Source: Chiloscyllium plagiosum
Taxonomy: Eukaryota
Length of the DNA: 64,000 nucleotides
Assembly: GCF_004010195.1 (NCBI RefSeq)
Contig: NC_057719.1
Coordinates: 18,319,438-18,383,437, forward strand
Direction: 5' to 3'
The notes under the pieces are model-generated. The model saw only the letters and a list, made by a program, of their open reading frames with translations. It did no database searches and was not told the DNA's origin. Position 1 is the first letter of the stretch. Every line of letters begins with the position of its first letter. Positions 60,769-64,000 of this stretch are shown in pieces. Both the position numbers and the translations under genes were made by a program.

Positions 60769-62775
60769 GGACAGAATTTTGAACTGCCGTGGTGAGGCAG
60801 TTTCACAACCAAGTCAGGTTGGCGAGGGTTTTCATAAAACTGGAAAATCGTTTTACATTGCAACTCCAAAATGATTCCTCCTACTTCTGTTATTTAAACC
60901 GAGGTGGGGTGGGGGGAGTGGTGATGTTTGTAGATTAATAGGGGACAGGCATTTCCCTGTCGTGCAATTTCTATATTCAAAATGGCAACTAACTCAGGAT
61001 TTAACCCAGTAGTCAGTCAGGCTTCAGCAACAAGACCAAGGGTTTCTCCAGCTGTGTGGAGCTCACCAGGGTCAATAAGGTGAGTGCTCTGACGGGCTGG
61101 GAAGATTGGTGTGACAATAGCTGCACACCTGATTGCAAGAGATGCTGCAGATCACAACATGAGTGTGGTCTTTTGAATCCCGGCAGTGTGGAAAGACACC
61201 GTTCGGCCCATCAAGTCTGCACCAACACTCTGAAGAGCATCCCACCCAGACTCAATTATCCCCGTAACCCTGTATTTATCATAGCTGGCCTGGACATCAT
61301 TTGGACTGTGGGAGGAAACTGGAGCACTAGACACAAGGAGAATGTACAAATTCCACACAGACAGTCACCCAAGGCTGGAATCTAACCCAGGTCCCTGGCA
61401 CTGTGAGGCAGCTATGCTAACCAATGAGCCACTGTGCCACCCCATTGACTGATGATTTTCAGGTGATTTTCAACATGTGAGAAGTCAGGTCTCCTGCATT
61501 AGACTTCATTCGCCTTGATTTGATTGTCCCTGCTATCAGCCCTCACTGGGACACACAAGGAGTTTTACACAGCTCTGCTTTGGATCTCTAATGGGAAGGA
61601 CAACCGGGATGGGACCATTCGCTGCTGCCGATTAGCCACTGCCCTTTCACCGCCTATGACGCTTAGCCACCGCCCATTGGCCGCTGAGGACGATTCGCCA
61701 TCGCAAATGTTTGTAACTCATTTTTATATATAAACCAATAAAATGATATTTATTTTACCTCTTCTTTTATCAATATGTACTATGCTGTTGTATAAATAAA
61801 GGGGACTGAGAAGTATGAAAGAACAGGCGGGAGGGAAAACGATCAGTACATATATATATTTCCGGTGGTGAATAGTCTCCAGAGGTCAGAAGGAAGTGGG
61901 ACCCCCACCTGATACATGGTCCAGAGGTCCAGAATCAGCTCCTGCCATCGCTGAGCTCTGTAGGAGGCGTAGACTCACCCAACAGGTCACTGCTGCCTTT
62001 TGCAGCTTCGTGAAACAAGATCTCCTTTCCACTGGCCAGCTACACATGCATTGCTGGGAGCTACCAACGTATCTGTCTCTGCTGCACTCTCCTCCCCACT
62101 GGTTTCACACTCCCCTGTACCCTCCACCAACAACATTCTCTGCATCTTGCTGTTGCACTGCCCTCTCACCTCCTACAAGGAGAGAAAACAGAGGATAGTG
62201 AGTGTCCGGAATGGTTGGTGGGGAAGGTACACGCACGAGAGGGCACAAAAATGAGGGTGGATGTGAAGGTTTGATGGAGATGTGAGATTCCTGGAAAATG
62301 AAGCACAGGGAGTGTTAGAATAAGAGGTGCCATGCAGGAAATTGCTGGGAAAGTTAACATGTGGGATTTGGCTCCTCAAACTATTACACCAGTCAGTTTT
62401 CCTGTCTTCCAGGATCCTCTCAGAGCACTGTTTGAGGGACCACCACTGACTTCCTCAGTCAATCCCATCTACACATTTTGGTTGAAGAGGTTGACCTTTT
62501 CCTCCCACACTTGGTATACACCACTTCACTGCATCCCTCAGATCGTGCTGCAAGGACTCCACAGTATAGCAGCCTCTTGGCTGCTAAAACACAGATAGAT
62601 TGCCAACTTGGCCAAACAGCAAGGGATGCTGGATATATCGGCCAAGTAAATGCCTGATGTCTGGTTGGAGTTGTCTAACTTGTTTTAAGGGGGAACCAGA
62701 CAACAACACATCCCAGGTCTCCTATATATTCCATTGGTTACTCAAGCCACAGAACTCAATGCACAGTTCAGCCAT
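60769..62775. mobile_element. PIF/Harbinger DNA transposon relic
   Basis: Plus-strand ELCRRRRLTQQVTAAFCSFVKQDLL (ORF 61896-62198) resembles the transposase N-terminus. Minus-strand EVVYTKCGRKRSTSSTK..LTEEVS (~62445-62530) and a downstream acceptor CTCCTTGTAG (62173-62182) resemble the Myb/SANT partner gene. GGACAGAATTTT at 60769 is a TIR-like start; ends uncertain. Confidence 0.5.
61175..61443 (-). mobile_element. HE1-type V-SINE
   Basis: rc head GCTAACCAATGAGCCACTGTGCCACCC, V-domain and tail. Confidence 0.85.
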
Positions 62776-64000
62776 TCTCACTCATGTCATACCTTTCACT
62801 AGAACTGACTTGACATATCTTCCTGGCTATCCTCTCTAGTTGGTTGTGAATTTCCTTGGATGGATATGCTGCAGGCTGAGTTAAAGGGTTTTGGCAAATC
62901 ACTACCAACAGAACAGACAAGTTCCTGACCTGAAAGCAACCTCCATGGTCTGAATAGGTCCATTTTGATAAGATTTCATTCAGTAACTTAGCTGCACTTT
63001 CCACTCGCCGCCTGACCTACAGAGTGACTCATTCCAGCGTTTTCTGTTTCTTTAATTTTCAGGTCAGTGTTCTGCTCTCTTATCAGTGATTCAACAATTT
63101 CTTTTCTCCCTAATGAATATGATAGCAATACAATCAGAATTGAGAACCAATTGGATATTAAACCGTGACTGATCTTTATAACTGGAAATCTTGAGACTCT
63201 CTCGTATAGGAGCAAGGGAGAAGCATGGTGGTTCCATGTAAAGTATTTCTCCCATCCAATTAACACCAAACTGTCACTTGCTTTGTTTTAATTCCCAGTG
63301 TTGTAGCAAAAATTAGATCGTGTACCTGTTCCCTTCTGCCTCCGGAGATCCATTGAAACCAAACTTAGTATTTCCTCTGACTGAAGTTCAGCATAAGCTT
63401 GTGCAAAAAGATTTTGTTGTTTGACAGGTAACATCACTACTACTTTCACTCTTTCCATTCTAACCTCTGGTGCCTTTCTATATTTTATCAATATTGCCTA
63501 GGTTATGATATCTCTGAAACTCTTCTGAGGCTCCAAATACACCAGATGTTGTGTTATTGATCTTGCCATTCAGGGGCAAGAGTTCATACTCCTGATGTAG
63601 CAAGGTGTCAAATTGAATTCAATAAGAATTCATGCTGTGCTAGCATGCGAACACTAACATGGATTGTTGTGAAAAACCAACTGTTTAATAATATCCTTCA
63701 GGAATAGTAACCAGCCACCCCATTGGCTTAACATTCAGGGACAGGAAATAAATGCTGCCTCACTGGTACTGCACCTAACTAAATGTTTTTATTTTCAGAA
63801 TGTCACTGTATATTTTCCTAGCTCTGCATCTGCACAATGTTGAAATCTATGGTCTTTGCATTACGGTCTTTGACTGATCCTTTCTTAGATTCCTAAAGCT
63901 ATAGAATCCTTTGCTTCCTTCAATTATTCCTCAAACCTTTCATGATCAGGCTCTCAAAACCCAAAAATAAAACAAAGTTCTGATGCTGAAGATCTGAAAC

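Noticed and set aside
62768..63491. Three successive minus-strand ORFs as a pseudogene
   Set aside because: No recognisable homology; part (63005-63063) is a PLE terminus, which also explains an apparent splice acceptor.

Overview
Eukaryotic, AT-rich, repeat-dominated DNA, almost certainly from a shark: it carries HE1-type tRNA-derived V-SINEs and CR1 LINEs, and a carpet/bamboo shark is my inference. I cannot identify any host protein-coding gene, and most ORFs in the track are transposon relics or chance ORFs. Contents: many CR1 LINE copies (one near full length at ~21.3-25.3 kb), Rex1/Babar and L2-like LINE fragments, HE1 and Deu-type SINEs, solo LTRs, a decayed Gypsy element with gag/protease/integrase but no RT/RNase H, a PIF/Harbinger relic, and three families of Penelope-like elements (PLEs) carrying minimal hammerhead ribozyme motifs, often as short fold-back insertions. 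The most unusual object lies at 49.9-53.7 kb. A ~3.5 kb array of a 52-bp GC-rich unit sits between the first codons and the last codon/3' tail of a CR1 ORF2. The unit itself resembles the CR1 ORF2 segment encoding RPHLEYC(V/A)QFWSP. The whole composite splits one PLE whose target-site duplication still matches on both sides. Family assignments were made by eye from remembered consensus motifs; no database search was run, and boundaries of old elements are approximate.
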